A stretch of 64,000 nt of DNA from Candidatus Saccharibacteria bacterium UBA6824 (GCA_002452155.1 DKEK01000005.1:70675-134674), one strand, 5' to 3'. Shown: positions 43,640 to 53,103, counted from the first letter of the stretch. Numbers and translations are program-made. The notes: generated from the sequence alone by a model not told the origin.

Positions 43640-43641
43640 AT

Positions 43642-45102
43642 TTAAGGGGCCGGCTGGGGCGTGGTTTGATGTTTGGGAAAAAGCGAAGCCGGCAGCGGCT
43701 TTAGGACGCCGGTGCCAAAAGTGCTTTGGATTTTGGCGGCCGTATCGGGCATAAAAGGCGCCAGCAAGCTAGCAATTTCCAGCAGGTTGGAAGCTAGGTA
43801 GGCCAGGACTTCGCGCAGGTGCTCTTCGTCGCCAGTCTTAGCCACTTCCCAAGGCTTTGATTCGTCAATATATTGGTTGAGACCCTTAACTTGTTCCCAG
43901 ACTTCGTCCAGGGCCTTATCGAAGCGATAGTCTTGAAGGTGGCTGCTATACGCCGCCACGTCGTGTTCGGCCGGCGGCACTTCGCCGATGATACCATTTT
44001 GGTATTTGGTAATCATGGCGGCGGTGCGTGAAACGGCATTGCCCAGCTGGTTAGCCAGCTCGCTGTTGTAGGCGGCTTCCATCATTTCCCAGGTGAAGTC
44101 GCCATCACCGTAACTGGGTATGTGGCGAGTCAAAAAATAGCGGGTGGCGTCAGTGCCATACTTTTCCACGACTTGACGCGGGGCAATAACGTTGCCCAGT
44201 GTTTTGCTGATTTTCTGGTTGTTTATATTTACAAAGCCGTGGACATAGAGTGACTTTGGAAGTTTGAGGCCAAGGGCCAGCAGCATGGCCGGCCAGATGG
44301 CGGCGTGAAAGCGCAAAATGTCTTTGCCGATAACTTGGATGTCGGCCGGCCAGTAAGTTTTAAAGTCGGCGTGTTCCGGATAACCGAGAACCGTGATGTA
44401 GTTCATCAAGGCTTCGAACCAGACGTACATGACCTGGTTTTCGTCGCCGGGCACGGCGATCCCCCAGCTAATTTTATCCTTTGGCCGGCTGACAGAAGTA
44501 TCGGTCAGGCCGGCTTTTAAGACGGATAGGATTTCGTTCTTGCGGCTGCCCGGGACGACCCGAAAGACGTCGGTCGTAATAGCCTCGGCGATTTGCGCAG
44601 CCATTGCCGAAGCTTTAAAAAAATAGTTTTCTTCTACTAATTTTTCATACGGCCGGTTATGGTCCGGGCAAACGCCTTTGTTGTCTTTGACGACTTTTTC
44701 CGGAAAATATTCTTCGTGGCCGGTACAGTACCAGCCGCTATATTTGCCTTTATAGATATGACCGGCGGCGGCTAATTTTTGCCAAATTAATTGCGCCCGC
44801 TGCTCGTGCCCGGAGTCGGTGGTACGGATAAAACGGTCGCTGCTAATGCTTAAAACTTTTAAGACCTCGCGAAAGCTCTGGCTAACCCTATCAGCGAATT
44901 CTTTGGGGGCCATTTTGGCTTCGGCGGCCTTTTCGGCGATTTTGCCGCCGTGTTCGTCAGTACCGGCGCTAAAGAGTACATTGTCCCCTTGCTGCCGGTG
45001 ATACCGGGCCAAAACGTCAGCCTGTACCAGCTCCATGCCGAAACCAATGTGCGGTTCAGTATTTACATACGGAATAGAGGTCGTGACATAGAATTTTGCC
45101 AT
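43642..45102 (-). CDS. metG: methionine--tRNA ligase
   Basis: A HIGH-type motif (PYVNTEPHIGF), KMSKS (KISKTLGN), and a class I MetRS core of 486 aa. Confidence 0.93.
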   Translation of the reverse strand: MAKFYVTTSIPYVNTEPHIGFGMELVQADVLARYHRQQGDNVLFSAGTDEHGGKIAEKAAEAKMAPKEFADRVSQSFREVLKVLSISSDRFIRTTDSGHEQRAQLIWQKLAAAGHIYKGKYSGWYCTGHEEYFPEKVVKDNKGVCPDHNRPYEKLVEENYFFKASAMAAQIAEAITTDVFRVVPGSRKNEILSVLKAGLTDTSVSRPKDKISWGIAVPGDENQVMYVWFEALMNYITVLGYPEHADFKTYWPADIQVIGKDILRFHAAIWPAMLLALGLKLPKSLYVHGFVNINNQKISKTLGNVIAPRQVVEKYGTDATRYFLTRHIPSYGDGDFTWEMMEAAYNSELANQLGNAVSRTAAMITKYQNGIIGEVPPAEHDVAAYSSHLQDYRFDKALDEVWEQVKGLNQYIDESKPWEVAKTGDEEHLREVLAYLASNLLEIASLLAPFMPDTAAKIQSTFGTGVLKPLPASLFPKHQTTPQPAP

Positions 45103-45117
45103 TGAAATAATTGTATC

Positions 45118-45630
45118 TTAAAATAAGGAGTTTTGCTGGGGTTCACCCTCTTGGGGCTCAAAGCTGACTTTGAAGTGTCTTGCCAGTCTTTTGAGGAACT
45201 GCACTTGGACAGACTGTAGTTTTTTGGCGGCGCCGGGCAGGTCAAACCAATGGGCTTTGTCGATCTCCGGAAATTCCTGCTTTTGACCGGATCTCGGCGG
45301 CCATTCCATCTCAAACGTATTGCTGTTAACTTTACTTTCGTCGATTTCACCTTCCACAGCCCAAGCTTTGATGGTTTTTCCGTCGCTGCGTTTTATCTCA
45401 CCAAGGTCAATGTATTCTCTGCTTGGAGCGGGTGAGCCAATTTCTTCTTCAAACTCCCGTTTAGCAGCCTCAAACGGGGCTTCATTCTCCTCATATAACC
45501 CCTTCGGAATAGACCAAGAGCCATTATCTTTCTTGGCAAAAAAGGGGCCGCCGGGATGAGCGATCAAAACCTCGAGCTGTCCGTTTTTCTGTCGATACAT
45601 AAGTAATCCGGCACTTTGTTTTTTAGCCAT
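45118..45630 (-). CDS. NUDIX hydrolase
   Basis: Nudix box region GLYEENEAPFEAAKREFEEEIG. Confidence 0.8.
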   Translation of the reverse strand: MAKKQSAGLLMYRQKNGQLEVLIAHPGGPFFAKKDNGSWSIPKGLYEENEAPFEAAKREFEEEIGSPAPSREYIDLGEIKRSDGKTIKAWAVEGEIDESKVNSNTFEMEWPPRSGQKQEFPEIDKAHWFDLPGAAKKLQSVQVQFLKRLARHFKVSFEPQEGEPQQNSLF

Positions 45631-45645
45631 TGCTTTAATTATAGG

Positions 45646-45807
45646 CTAAGAGTTGCTGGAAAGATGCCATAGCCCGCAGTGGCGGCATTTGTAGGCCTTT
45701 AGCTTAATATCACGCTGCCATTTAATAACCCGGGCTTGATCTTGTGCCTCTTTTTCGGAATCAAAGGCCAGTTTATCGGCACATGGTAAAACTTCAACCT
45801 CGTTCAT
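45646..45807 (-). CDS. small CxxC protein (53 aa), hypothetical
   Basis: Not in the track because it is under 60 aa. Translation is MNEVEVLPCADKLAFDSEKEAQDQARVIKWQRDIKLKAYKCRHCGLWHLSSNS. Its ATG lies 14 nt inside the trehalase 3' end in another frame. Confidence 0.4.
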   Translation of the reverse strand: MNEVEVLPCADKLAFDSEKEAQDQARVIKWQRDIKLKAYKCRHCGLWHLSSNS

Positions 45808-47071
45808 CTATAAACTCTTGGCAAAAATGCTCAAATACTGAATTGGTCCAGCCAAAGCCAGTTTGGCTGGGGTACAGACCTTTAGCCGGCGGCTTGCCCG
45901 GTTGGGCGACATTGTACTTTTCCAAGAAAACACCGTGTTTGTTGAACCAGTCCAGATTAGTTTTCAGCCATTTTAGGCCAATCCGCCGGGCATCTTCGTG
46001 ATAGCCGTAGTGCTGCAGGCCTTTTACCACAATAAAGTGTAGCGGTGCCCAGCCATTGGGGTAAGCCCATTGAGTAGGCACAGCCCCCGGCACCAACTGG
46101 CCGACTTGCGGGGCATCGGTAGTAGACAGGCCGCCTTTCTTTTCAAATTTTTTGAGTGAGTTGACTAAGCGAGCAGCCTGCTTTTCACTGGCCGCGCCGG
46201 CCCACATTGGATAATAGGCCGCCAGCGAGGCCACACTGCCCCGGGTTTTTTTAACGTAATTGTAATCATAGTAAAGACCGCGCAAATCACTCCACATCAG
46301 TTTATTCATAGTCATTCGCCGCTGGTGGCTAAGCCGATCCCATTTAGCGGCGGTCTTTTTGTCTCCCAGTAAATTGGCAACGTAGCTAAAATCCCGCTCA
46401 TACTTATAGAGCAAGCTATTGAGGTCGACGGGCAGATAGTTAAGCGCGTGGTGATTAAAGCGCGGGTTGAGATCCCAGCCACTTTCGGCCTCGGCTAGAT
46501 CCTGATGATAGTTGACATCATAATAGCGGCTTAAACCTTCGTACACCAGCCGAGCATTGGGCTTAACGTTCCCCAGCCAGACCGTTTCGTATTCGCTTTG
46601 GGCAACTTTGATGCCTTTTTTTAGCCAAGTTTTACCTGGCTCGTAGGTCTTATAAACATCTAATATAAAACTGGTTAACAGCGGTGGCTGCGAGCGCCCC
46701 ATCAGGTAGGTACGCGATGCGTTGGGGATGATACCAAAGCGTTCAAAGAGGTCAATTAAATCATCCAAAATACCCTGGACCAGTTTTTTATGCTCCTCAT
46801 CCAGCAGTCCCTGGACCATAAAGTAGCTGTCCCAGTAATAAAGCTCGTTGAAGTCGAACTCGTGGCCCTCTTCATGGGCTGGCACTAGATAGGGTTTGGG
46901 CAGGCCGAGCAGGCTGTCGTCATCTTTCGGGTGGTAGCGGGTAAGTTTTGGCCAATAGGCGGCTATATATTCCCGTGCTTCCCGGACATCATCCGCAGTC
47001 AGGTCACTACGCCGGTATCGGGGCAGGAGGTGTATTTTGTCAGTGAAGGCTTTTGTGTTAGGTAAGACCAC
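45794..47071 (-). CDS. trehalase (glycoside hydrolase family 37), cytoplasmic type
   Basis: YYWDSYFMVQGLL (signature-1-like) and QWAYPNGWAPL (signature 2, QWDxPxGWAPL). No signal peptide. Confidence 0.8.
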   Translation of the reverse strand: MVLPNTKAFTDKIHLLPRYRRSDLTADDVREAREYIAAYWPKLTRYHPKDDDSLLGLPKPYLVPAHEEGHEFDFNELYYWDSYFMVQGLLDEEHKKLVQGILDDLIDLFERFGIIPNASRTYLMGRSQPPLLTSFILDVYKTYEPGKTWLKKGIKVAQSEYETVWLGNVKPNARLVYEGLSRYYDVNYHQDLAEAESGWDLNPRFNHHALNYLPVDLNSLLYKYERDFSYVANLLGDKKTAAKWDRLSHQRRMTMNKLMWSDLRGLYYDYNYVKKTRGSVASLAAYYPMWAGAASEKQAARLVNSLKKFEKKGGLSTTDAPQVGQLVPGAVPTQWAYPNGWAPLHFIVVKGLQHYGYHEDARRIGLKWLKTNLDWFNKHGVFLEKYNVAQPGKPPAKGLYPSQTGFGWTNSVFEHFCQEFIDERG

Positions 47072-47116
47072 TCATTCCAGATTATGCTTAAGCATTTATA
47101 GAGTCAAGTCGCGGCG

Positions 47117-47314
47117 TTAGAGCTTGGTAGCAGCCCAGATACCGGCCAAGCCACCGACTACTCCACCCAATATACTCCAGCCGCCAATGAAGCTGGAACC
47201 AAACAGAACCGGCAGATAAGACCCGACCAGGCTGCCGATAAAGAGACCTAAATAAATAACTGATCTGCTCATGCTAAGGCCATACGATATGAGCATAACA
47301 GAAAGATACTTCAA
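47117..47314 (-). CDS. small Gly-rich membrane protein, hypothetical
   Basis: Two hydrophobic helices (GGWSILGGVVGGLAGIWAATKL). The start is ambiguous (47314 or ATG 47272). Confidence 0.45.
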   Translation of the reverse strand: MKYLSVMLISYGLSMSRSVIYLGLFIGSLVGSYLPVLFGSSFIGGWSILGGVVGGLAGIWAATKL

Positions 47315-47396
47315 AAGTGTTAAGGGGAGGAGATAAGCCCTGGACGGCCGGCTTTTCAGCCGGCCGTCCTAGTGCCTGCGTCGTTCAGAAGTGCAT

Positions 47397-47738
47397 CTAG
47401 ACGACCACGTCCGCGAAGCCCATGCGAGCGCGGTGCTGTGCACGAGGCTTACGACGACCGATGACCGGCCGTTTTTCCGGCCGGCAAGACCTTCCTTCCT
47501 GGCGCGCAGTCTTCTCGATCTGCCAGGCTTGCCGGTAATGATCGAAGAACTCGTTGTAGTCGCCGTCTGTGGGGCAGATGTTATTCACCGCCCAACGGAG
47601 AATTAAGGCCGTGGCGGTGCCTGGATAGACGCGCCTATCCGAGCGCAGGTGGGCCGCTTTCGTGGCGACCTCTTTGACGCTCATCTTGCTCAGCTGCTCC
47701 TGGTAGGCCTCAGGAAGCTCTTCTTTACGACGAGACAC
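47397..47738 (-). CDS. hypothetical basic protein in a high-GC insert
   Basis: GGGAGGAG lies 6 nt before GTG 47738. Translation runs VSRRKEELPEAYQEQLSKMSVKEVATK...PTDGDYNEFFDHYRQAWQIEKTARQEG...RKPRAQHRARMGFADVVV. A 12-bp GC hairpin GGACGGCCGGCT-TTTC-AGCCGGCCGTCC at 47343..47370 follows the stop. Confidence 0.5.
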   Translation of the reverse strand: MSRRKEELPEAYQEQLSKMSVKEVATKAAHLRSDRRVYPGTATALILRWAVNNICPTDGDYNEFFDHYRQAWQIEKTARQEGRSCRPEKRPVIGRRKPRAQHRARMGFADVVV

Positions 47739-48137
47739 GGGTGTCTCCTCCCTTGTGAAAGTTCCCCGCAGCTTGTGCGAAGAACGCTGCACCATTTTTG
47801 GGTAGGCTGGCGCATTTACCTTGTTTCTGGGACTTTCCCGCAACGTGCTGGCCGCGAGTCTTACTGCCCCACCCCTCACCGCCGCAAACGTTCTAACGAT
47901 GAGGGGTCGGGCAACAAAAAACCGGACACTTGTTGCGGTAGTCCGGTGCTTTCTTTGATTAACTTGTGTTTTTGGTGCGCTAGCGAACTACAGCATTATC
48001 TCGTAGAGACGAGAGTAATGAAACCTGTAAAGCTGTGCTTTTGCGCCATGCGTACCTTTATACACCGCTCTAAGAGGCTGGTCAACTAGTTTTTTTGCCA
48101 ATCAAATTCAATTGCTATAATAAATACCAGGAGTCGC

Positions 48138-48749
48138 TTGAAGGCATTAAAAAAAATTAATCGATCAATGCTGATGATAGCTGGTGGTGTGCTTTTGGGC
48201 GCTCTGCTTGTTCTAGGCGTCCGTTTTTTTACTTATCATCCCGAGCATACCCACTACCACGCTAATTTTACAGTTTATATAAATGGCCAGCGCGAGCAAT
48301 TCGCTGACCCTGCATTATATGAGGAGTCAGGAGCCTCATGTACGCAGGAAGAGCAAATGACACCGCAAGAACGGGCCCACATGCACGACAATGTCAACGA
48401 CGTTGTCCACGTCCACGATCATGCGGTTGCTTGGGGCCAGTTTTTCCTCAACCTTGGCTGGCTGGTTGACGCTAAAGTTATCGAAACGCAAGACCAGATG
48501 CTGCTGGCCGATGCCGGTCATAAAATAACCTTCATTCTTAACGGTGAAACTATAGATAATGTTAGCAACCGCGTAATTGGCGACCAGGATAAACTACTAG
48601 TCGATTACGGCGGCTCAAACCAAGTCGCTATGACTGAATACGCCGGTATTACCAACAAAGCCCAAAAATACGATACTAGTACCGATCCTAAATCGTGCGG
48701 TGGTTCAGCGCCCACCACGATCCACGACCGACTAACTCACCTCTTTTAG
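48138..48749 (+). CDS. membrane-anchored His-rich protein, unknown function
   Basis: N-terminal TM, then HPEHTHYHANFTVYINGQ...HMHDNVNDVVHVHDH. Confidence 0.55.
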   Translation: MKALKKINRSMLMIAGGVLLGALLVLGVRFFTYHPEHTHYHANFTVYINGQREQFADPALYEESGASCTQEEQMTPQERAHMHDNVNDVVHVHDHAVAWGQFFLNLGWLVDAKVIETQDQMLLADAGHKITFILNGETIDNVSNRVIGDQDKLLVDYGGSNQVAMTEYAGITNKAQKYDTSTDPKSCGGSAPTTIHDRLTHLF

Positions 48750-49508
48750 TGCCTGTCTATTGGGCCTGATACTGTAGAACAAGACAAGCAGCCACCAGCC
48801 AATGATCAGCATCTGGGCTTCCTGTGGAAAGCCGGCGGTATGAACACTCAGCGAGTGCTGATGTACGTATTCGTGGATGGCCGTTACAAAAGACAACACC
48901 GATACGCCTAAGCTCACCAGGCTGACACGTTCCAGCGCCTGCAGCCCATTAGCCCGGGCATACTTATAACTGGCCAGCGGTAGCAAAAAATATGATACGG
49001 CTATAAGCACACTGCTATAGGCGTGGCTCGGCAGTATTATGTGCGATAAGCTAAGGGCAACCGTCACTTGACAGGTACTGTTTGCTGTGTCCGAGCAATT
49101 GAGCGGCAAAAGTCCGTCAACACCGTTAGCGACACCAAAAACCGCCAGACCGACGGCCAGGACATATAACCACTTGCGGGCCTTTTGGCTGCTCTTCATG
49201 AATTTGAGTACCCACGCCGACAGCGCCAGAAAAAGCAGCCCCGAGATTATATCCGTCGCCCTAAAAACCCAAGAATAAGGTTGCGTGGGCACGCTAAATT
49301 CACTAACGGAGCCATCCTTCAAAAACAAATGGGGGTTTAAAACAAGAGCCAGCAACCAGTTATTAAAAGCTGCTACTGCCAGAGCAGCCAAGGTGAGGGG
49401 CACTTTATGGTGGTTCCAAAGTTTTTCGATTGAAGCCATTGTTAATCGTATAATAACACTGTGGTAAACCTGCCGGGAGCCCCAAATAAAACTGCCGAAA
49501 TCAGACAC
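48732..49508 (-). CDS. polytopic membrane protein, unknown function
   Basis: 258-aa ORF with about 6 hydrophobic helices. The start is uncertain (ATG for MASIEKLW... is possible). Confidence 0.5.
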   Translation of the reverse strand: MSDFGSFIWGSRQVYHSVIIRLTMASIEKLWNHHKVPLTLAALAVAAFNNWLLALVLNPHLFLKDGSVSEFSVPTQPYSWVFRATDIISGLLFLALSAWVLKFMKSSQKARKWLYVLAVGLAVFGVANGVDGLLPLNCSDTANSTCQVTVALSLSHIILPSHAYSSVLIAVSYFLLPLASYKYARANGLQALERVSLVSLGVSVLSFVTAIHEYVHQHSLSVHTAGFPQEAQMLIIGWWLLVLFYSIRPNRQALKEVS

Positions 49509-51191
49509 CAGGGCTGGTTGGATATAGTTGCCGCCTTAGTGCTTTTAAGCGGCCTGCTAACCATCAGCAGCGTGCTACTGACCGTTTTGCGCGCCCACCA
49601 TAGCAATATCGCGATGAGCGATGCCCATTTTACGTTACTGGCTGGCTTGAGTCTCATTTATCTAGCGTCTCTGCTGCGACGGGGTAAGTATAACGCCTGG
49701 CTGGTGGCCGTGCCCCTCTATGGCTTTTTGGTCGTACGCGATGTGCGGCACTTTATTTTTGACATTCCTGAAGATGTCCGCCTGCTAGTGGCTATTTTAA
49801 ACTTGGCTATTCCGGTAGTGGCTTTTTTGGGCCTGCTGATTTTTCGCCACCAGTACAATGTCCGCAGCGAAATCCGCAGTTTTACTACCGCCCTCAGACG
49901 CTCGGCATTGGTACTGGCCGTAGCTCTGGTCTATGGCACGGTCGGTTTTCAGCTGCTCGACGAAAGAGACTTCTACCAGGACATTGCGCCTCTTACCGGT
50001 CTCCATTACACCTTGGACCAGTTCGGTTTGACGACTTCCAAGCAGCTGACGCCCCATACCAAGCGGGCCAAACTTTTTTTAGATAGTCTGGGAGTACTTA
50101 GTACCGGGTCAGTTTTTTATGTGGTCATTTCACTTTTCGCGCCCATCCGCTTCCGGCTGAGCCACTCCGGCCAAGATTTCGAAGATATACGCGGACTGCT
50201 AAGGAAGTATCCAAGTACCAGTGAAGATTTTTTCAAGCTCTGGCCGCGCGACAAAGCCTATTTCTTTACTCCTGGTCGCAACGCCGGCTTAGCCTATAAA
50301 GCCGTCGCCGGAATGGCCTTAGTGGTAGGTGATCCGGCCGGCAAGCCCAGAGACTTTGCCGATTTGCTAGCCAGGTTCGAAGAGTTCTGCCGGCTCAACG
50401 ACTGGCAGCCGGCGCTAATTCATACCGACAAAACCAACTTGGGTCTTTATAGGCGGCTGGGCTTCGAACTGCAGAAAATTGGCGAAGAAGCGATTGTTGA
50501 CATTGGTCATTTTGTAAAAAACGTCATGTCTAGTAAAGACTTCCGCCATATTGCGAATAAGTTCAGCCGCCAAAACTACCAGGTGCAGATGCTGGCACCG
50601 CCGCATAGTCCGGCCGTCCTGAAGCGCCTGCGCGAAGTTTCTAATGATTGGCTGCAGGCGCCGGGCCGGGCTGAGCGCGGTTTTATGATGGGCTACTTCA
50701 GCGATGACTATATGCAGCAGTGCCCGGTCATGGCCGCTCGGGACGAGACTGGCGCTATTCAGGCTTTCGTTAACCAAGTGCCGAATTTTAATCCGGCCGA
50801 GGCCAACTTTGATTTTTTACGCCATACCAGCAGTAGTCCCGGTAATATAAATGACTATCTAATGATCGAATTTATATCGCACTTGCATGCAGAGGGCACG
50901 GAGCGGCTAAACATGGGATTAGCGCCGCTAGCCGGGCTGGAAGCCAAAGCTAGCGGCGCTAAAGACCGCGGAGCTATCGACGCCCTAATGAGCCTGGTTT
51001 ATGTCACTGGCAACCGTTTTTATTCGTTCAAGGGTCTAAAGCGCTTCAAATCCAAGTACGAACCGCAGTGGGAAGACCGCTACATTGTTTATCGTGGCGG
51101 CTTGCGCGGCTTCGGCGGAGCTATGAACGCTCTACTGCGCGCTATGCGCGTACCACGCCGCCATTACTTTTCTAAATATAAGAACGTATAA
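49461..51191 (+). CDS. MprF-like phosphatidylglycerol lysyltransferase (membrane domain plus DUF2156 aminoacyl-PG synthase domain)
   Basis: The C-terminal domain motifs are GLAYKAVAGMALVVGDP, ERGFMMGYF and FKGLKRFKSKYEPQWEDRYIVY. The N-terminal part has about 6 TM helices. GTG start. Confidence 0.8.
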   Translation: MVNLPGAPNKTAEIRHQGWLDIVAALVLLSGLLTISSVLLTVLRAHHSNIAMSDAHFTLLAGLSLIYLASLLRRGKYNAWLVAVPLYGFLVVRDVRHFIFDIPEDVRLLVAILNLAIPVVAFLGLLIFRHQYNVRSEIRSFTTALRRSALVLAVALVYGTVGFQLLDERDFYQDIAPLTGLHYTLDQFGLTTSKQLTPHTKRAKLFLDSLGVLSTGSVFYVVISLFAPIRFRLSHSGQDFEDIRGLLRKYPSTSEDFFKLWPRDKAYFFTPGRNAGLAYKAVAGMALVVGDPAGKPRDFADLLARFEEFCRLNDWQPALIHTDKTNLGLYRRLGFELQKIGEEAIVDIGHFVKNVMSSKDFRHIANKFSRQNYQVQMLAPPHSPAVLKRLREVSNDWLQAPGRAERGFMMGYFSDDYMQQCPVMAARDETGAIQAFVNQVPNFNPAEANFDFLRHTSSSPGNINDYLMIEFISHLHAEGTERLNMGLAPLAGLEAKASGAKDRGAIDALMSLVYVTGNRFYSFKGLKRFKSKYEPQWEDRYIVYRGGLRGFGGAMNALLRAMRVPRRHYFSKYKNV

Positions 51192-51199
51192 TTGCAGTA

Positions 51200-51799
51200 A
51201 TGCACAATTTGCTAGACCCCAGCCACTTGGTGAAAGATTTTGGCTACTTGGGCATATTTATTACGCTGTTTTTGGAATCGGGCGTCTTTTTTGGCTTTTT
51301 CCTGCCGGGCGACAGCCTGCTTTTTAGCGCCGGGCTGCTGGCTTCGCAGGGCCTCTTAAATATCTTTGGGCTGGTGGTTATCAGCGTAGCGGCAGCAATC
51401 CTGGGTAACAATGTTGGTTATTACACCGGCAACAAAGCCGGGCCAGGACTATTCAATAAGCAAAAATCTTTCTTATTCTCGCCAAAACGGATAACCGAAG
51501 CCCACAATTTTTTTGAGAAGCAGGGCCCGCAGTCACTTATCTTGGCCCGTTTCATTCCGGCGGTCCGCACCTTTGTGCCGATTGCCGCTGGCATTGGCAA
51601 AATGAACTACCGCAAGTTTTTGGTTTTCAATGGCCTAGGCGGTCTACTCTGGGGCATTGGGGTGCCAATCCTCGGCTATACACTCGGTAAAAAGGTTCCC
51701 AGTATCGACAAATATTTACTGCCTATCATCTTCGTAATAATTATTCTATCCGCCGTGCCGGTGTTGTTTGCCTACTTCAAAAGCCGCCGCCGTAACTAG
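51200..51799 (+). CDS. DedA-family membrane protein (second copy)
   Basis: LPGDSLLFSAGLLA...ILARFIPAVRTFVPIAAGIGKM. Confidence 0.85.
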   Translation: MHNLLDPSHLVKDFGYLGIFITLFLESGVFFGFFLPGDSLLFSAGLLASQGLLNIFGLVVISVAAAILGNNVGYYTGNKAGPGLFNKQKSFLFSPKRITEAHNFFEKQGPQSLILARFIPAVRTFVPIAAGIGKMNYRKFLVFNGLGGLLWGIGVPILGYTLGKKVPSIDKYLLPIIFVIIILSAVPVLFAYFKSRRRN

Positions 51800-52410
51800 A
51801 TTAGACGGTGGATGATGTTAATGGTCGCTGCTCCAGCCGCTACCACAATTGCCACGCCAGCTATACCCGTTATATAGCCAAGTAAAAATACCCGAACGTC
51901 CTCTAGAATTACCGACAGGCAAAGCAAAACTACGCCCAGCGCCGGCAGAGTATCCAAGCCCGAAAACGGCGGAGCCAGAAAGGAAGCCGCAGTAAATACG
52001 ATTATTACCAGCGCGTTTAACCGCGTAAATAACGACAGCTGAAAAATCCGATTAAACTTCTGGCTTGAGTGTTTTTCAAACCAACGGATCCGGCGCAGTA
52101 TCATTGGGATAGCCCGACGTTCGATAACGCCAGCCAACTTCATTTGCTTCCAGCGCTTAGGTAGCCAAATTGTTTTAAGGCCTAATAACACCTCCAGTGC
52201 TAAAAGCACAGTGATGATTTCGAATATGTGCGTGATCCCGCCGGTCGGCAACGGTAGCGACGGTATAAACATCAGCAGAAGTATGGTGATGGCAAAGCTT
52301 TTTTCACCAAAGACTTCATCCAAAGAAGTTAGGGTTTTTGGCTTTTTACTCTTAAGCCACGCTTCCAGCTTGTGGCTAAAAAAGTAACTTTGCTCTACCT
52401 CATTTTTCAT
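51796..52410 (-). CDS. ExoD-family (exopolysaccharide synthesis) membrane protein
   Basis: GEKSFAITILLLMFIPSLPLPTGGITHIFEIITVLLA is the ExoD N-terminal signature. About 4 TM helices. Confidence 0.7.
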   Translation of the reverse strand: MKNEVEQSYFFSHKLEAWLKSKKPKTLTSLDEVFGEKSFAITILLLMFIPSLPLPTGGITHIFEIITVLLALEVLLGLKTIWLPKRWKQMKLAGVIERRAIPMILRRIRWFEKHSSQKFNRIFQLSLFTRLNALVIIVFTAASFLAPPFSGLDTLPALGVVLLCLSVILEDVRVFLLGYITGIAGVAIVVAAGAATINIIHRLI

Positions 52411-52460
52411 GCTAATGAATCATATCAAAAAAACACCAGAAAATGCTTCTGATGCTCATT

Positions 52461-52846
52461 TGGTGGAGCTGGTGGGAATTGCGCCCACGTCCGATGGTTT
52501 AATTAACTAGCGCTCTACAGGTTTAGGCCACTTAATATTGTTCGGAAACGAAGACCGCTAAATGGCCAAAAAGTCTCGTTCCCTAGTCCAAAATCTTAAC
52601 AAATCTCTAGGACACTGAGATTTGGGCAACCAGATGATATGACACACTGTAGACTCTATCTGATATCGAGCCGAGCATGGCTTACGAAATTAAGCGTAAG
52701 CTGGTGCGAAAACCGGCATGCTGAACATGCTAGCCATTCGCGAAACAAAAGATTTTACATCTATTGTGGTTGCACCGGATAACGTTCAGTGCAATCCGAC
52801 CTGCAAGCTAGTTGTTAAAGTCCACCGTCAAGCTGAAATCAGCCCC
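52461..52846 (-). ncRNA. ssrA: tmRNA (SsrA)
   Basis: The 5' end GGGGCTGATTTCAGC... pairs with the 3' end ...GGACGTGGGCGCAATTCCCACCAGCTCCACCA. That gives a tRNA-Ala-like acceptor with a G3:U pair, a T arm and CCA. An internal open frame ends ...MPVFAPAYA-TAA (stop at 52690..52692). Length 386 nt. Confidence 0.88.
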
Positions 52847-53103
52847 CGAAACCCCACAACCGCGATTTTTGATGATGAAATGAATCCATCATTCAAAATC
52901 GCTTGCAGTATATCGCTATGTCAGAGTTTCCGCTACTCCTTCACCGTATTCTTATACGATTCCGTCCGTTGCTGAAGCTCTTCCTTGCGCTATATCTGCA
53001 TTGTGCGCTTTCGGCGGGTGATTTTTCTAACTTAAGGTACGCCAGTATTATAACACAAGCACAGTGATTTGACAATAGCGGCTTATGGTTTTATCTTAAG
53101 TTT

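Noticed and set aside
47649-48089. 146-aa plus-strand ORF in the high-GC insert
   Set aside because: It is antisense to the ORF with the strong RBS (47397..47738) and has no start context. It was kept only as part of the insert description.
52718-52975. 85-aa plus-strand ORF
   Set aside because: It overlaps and is antisense to the tmRNA gene (52461..52846), and it has no RBS or motif.
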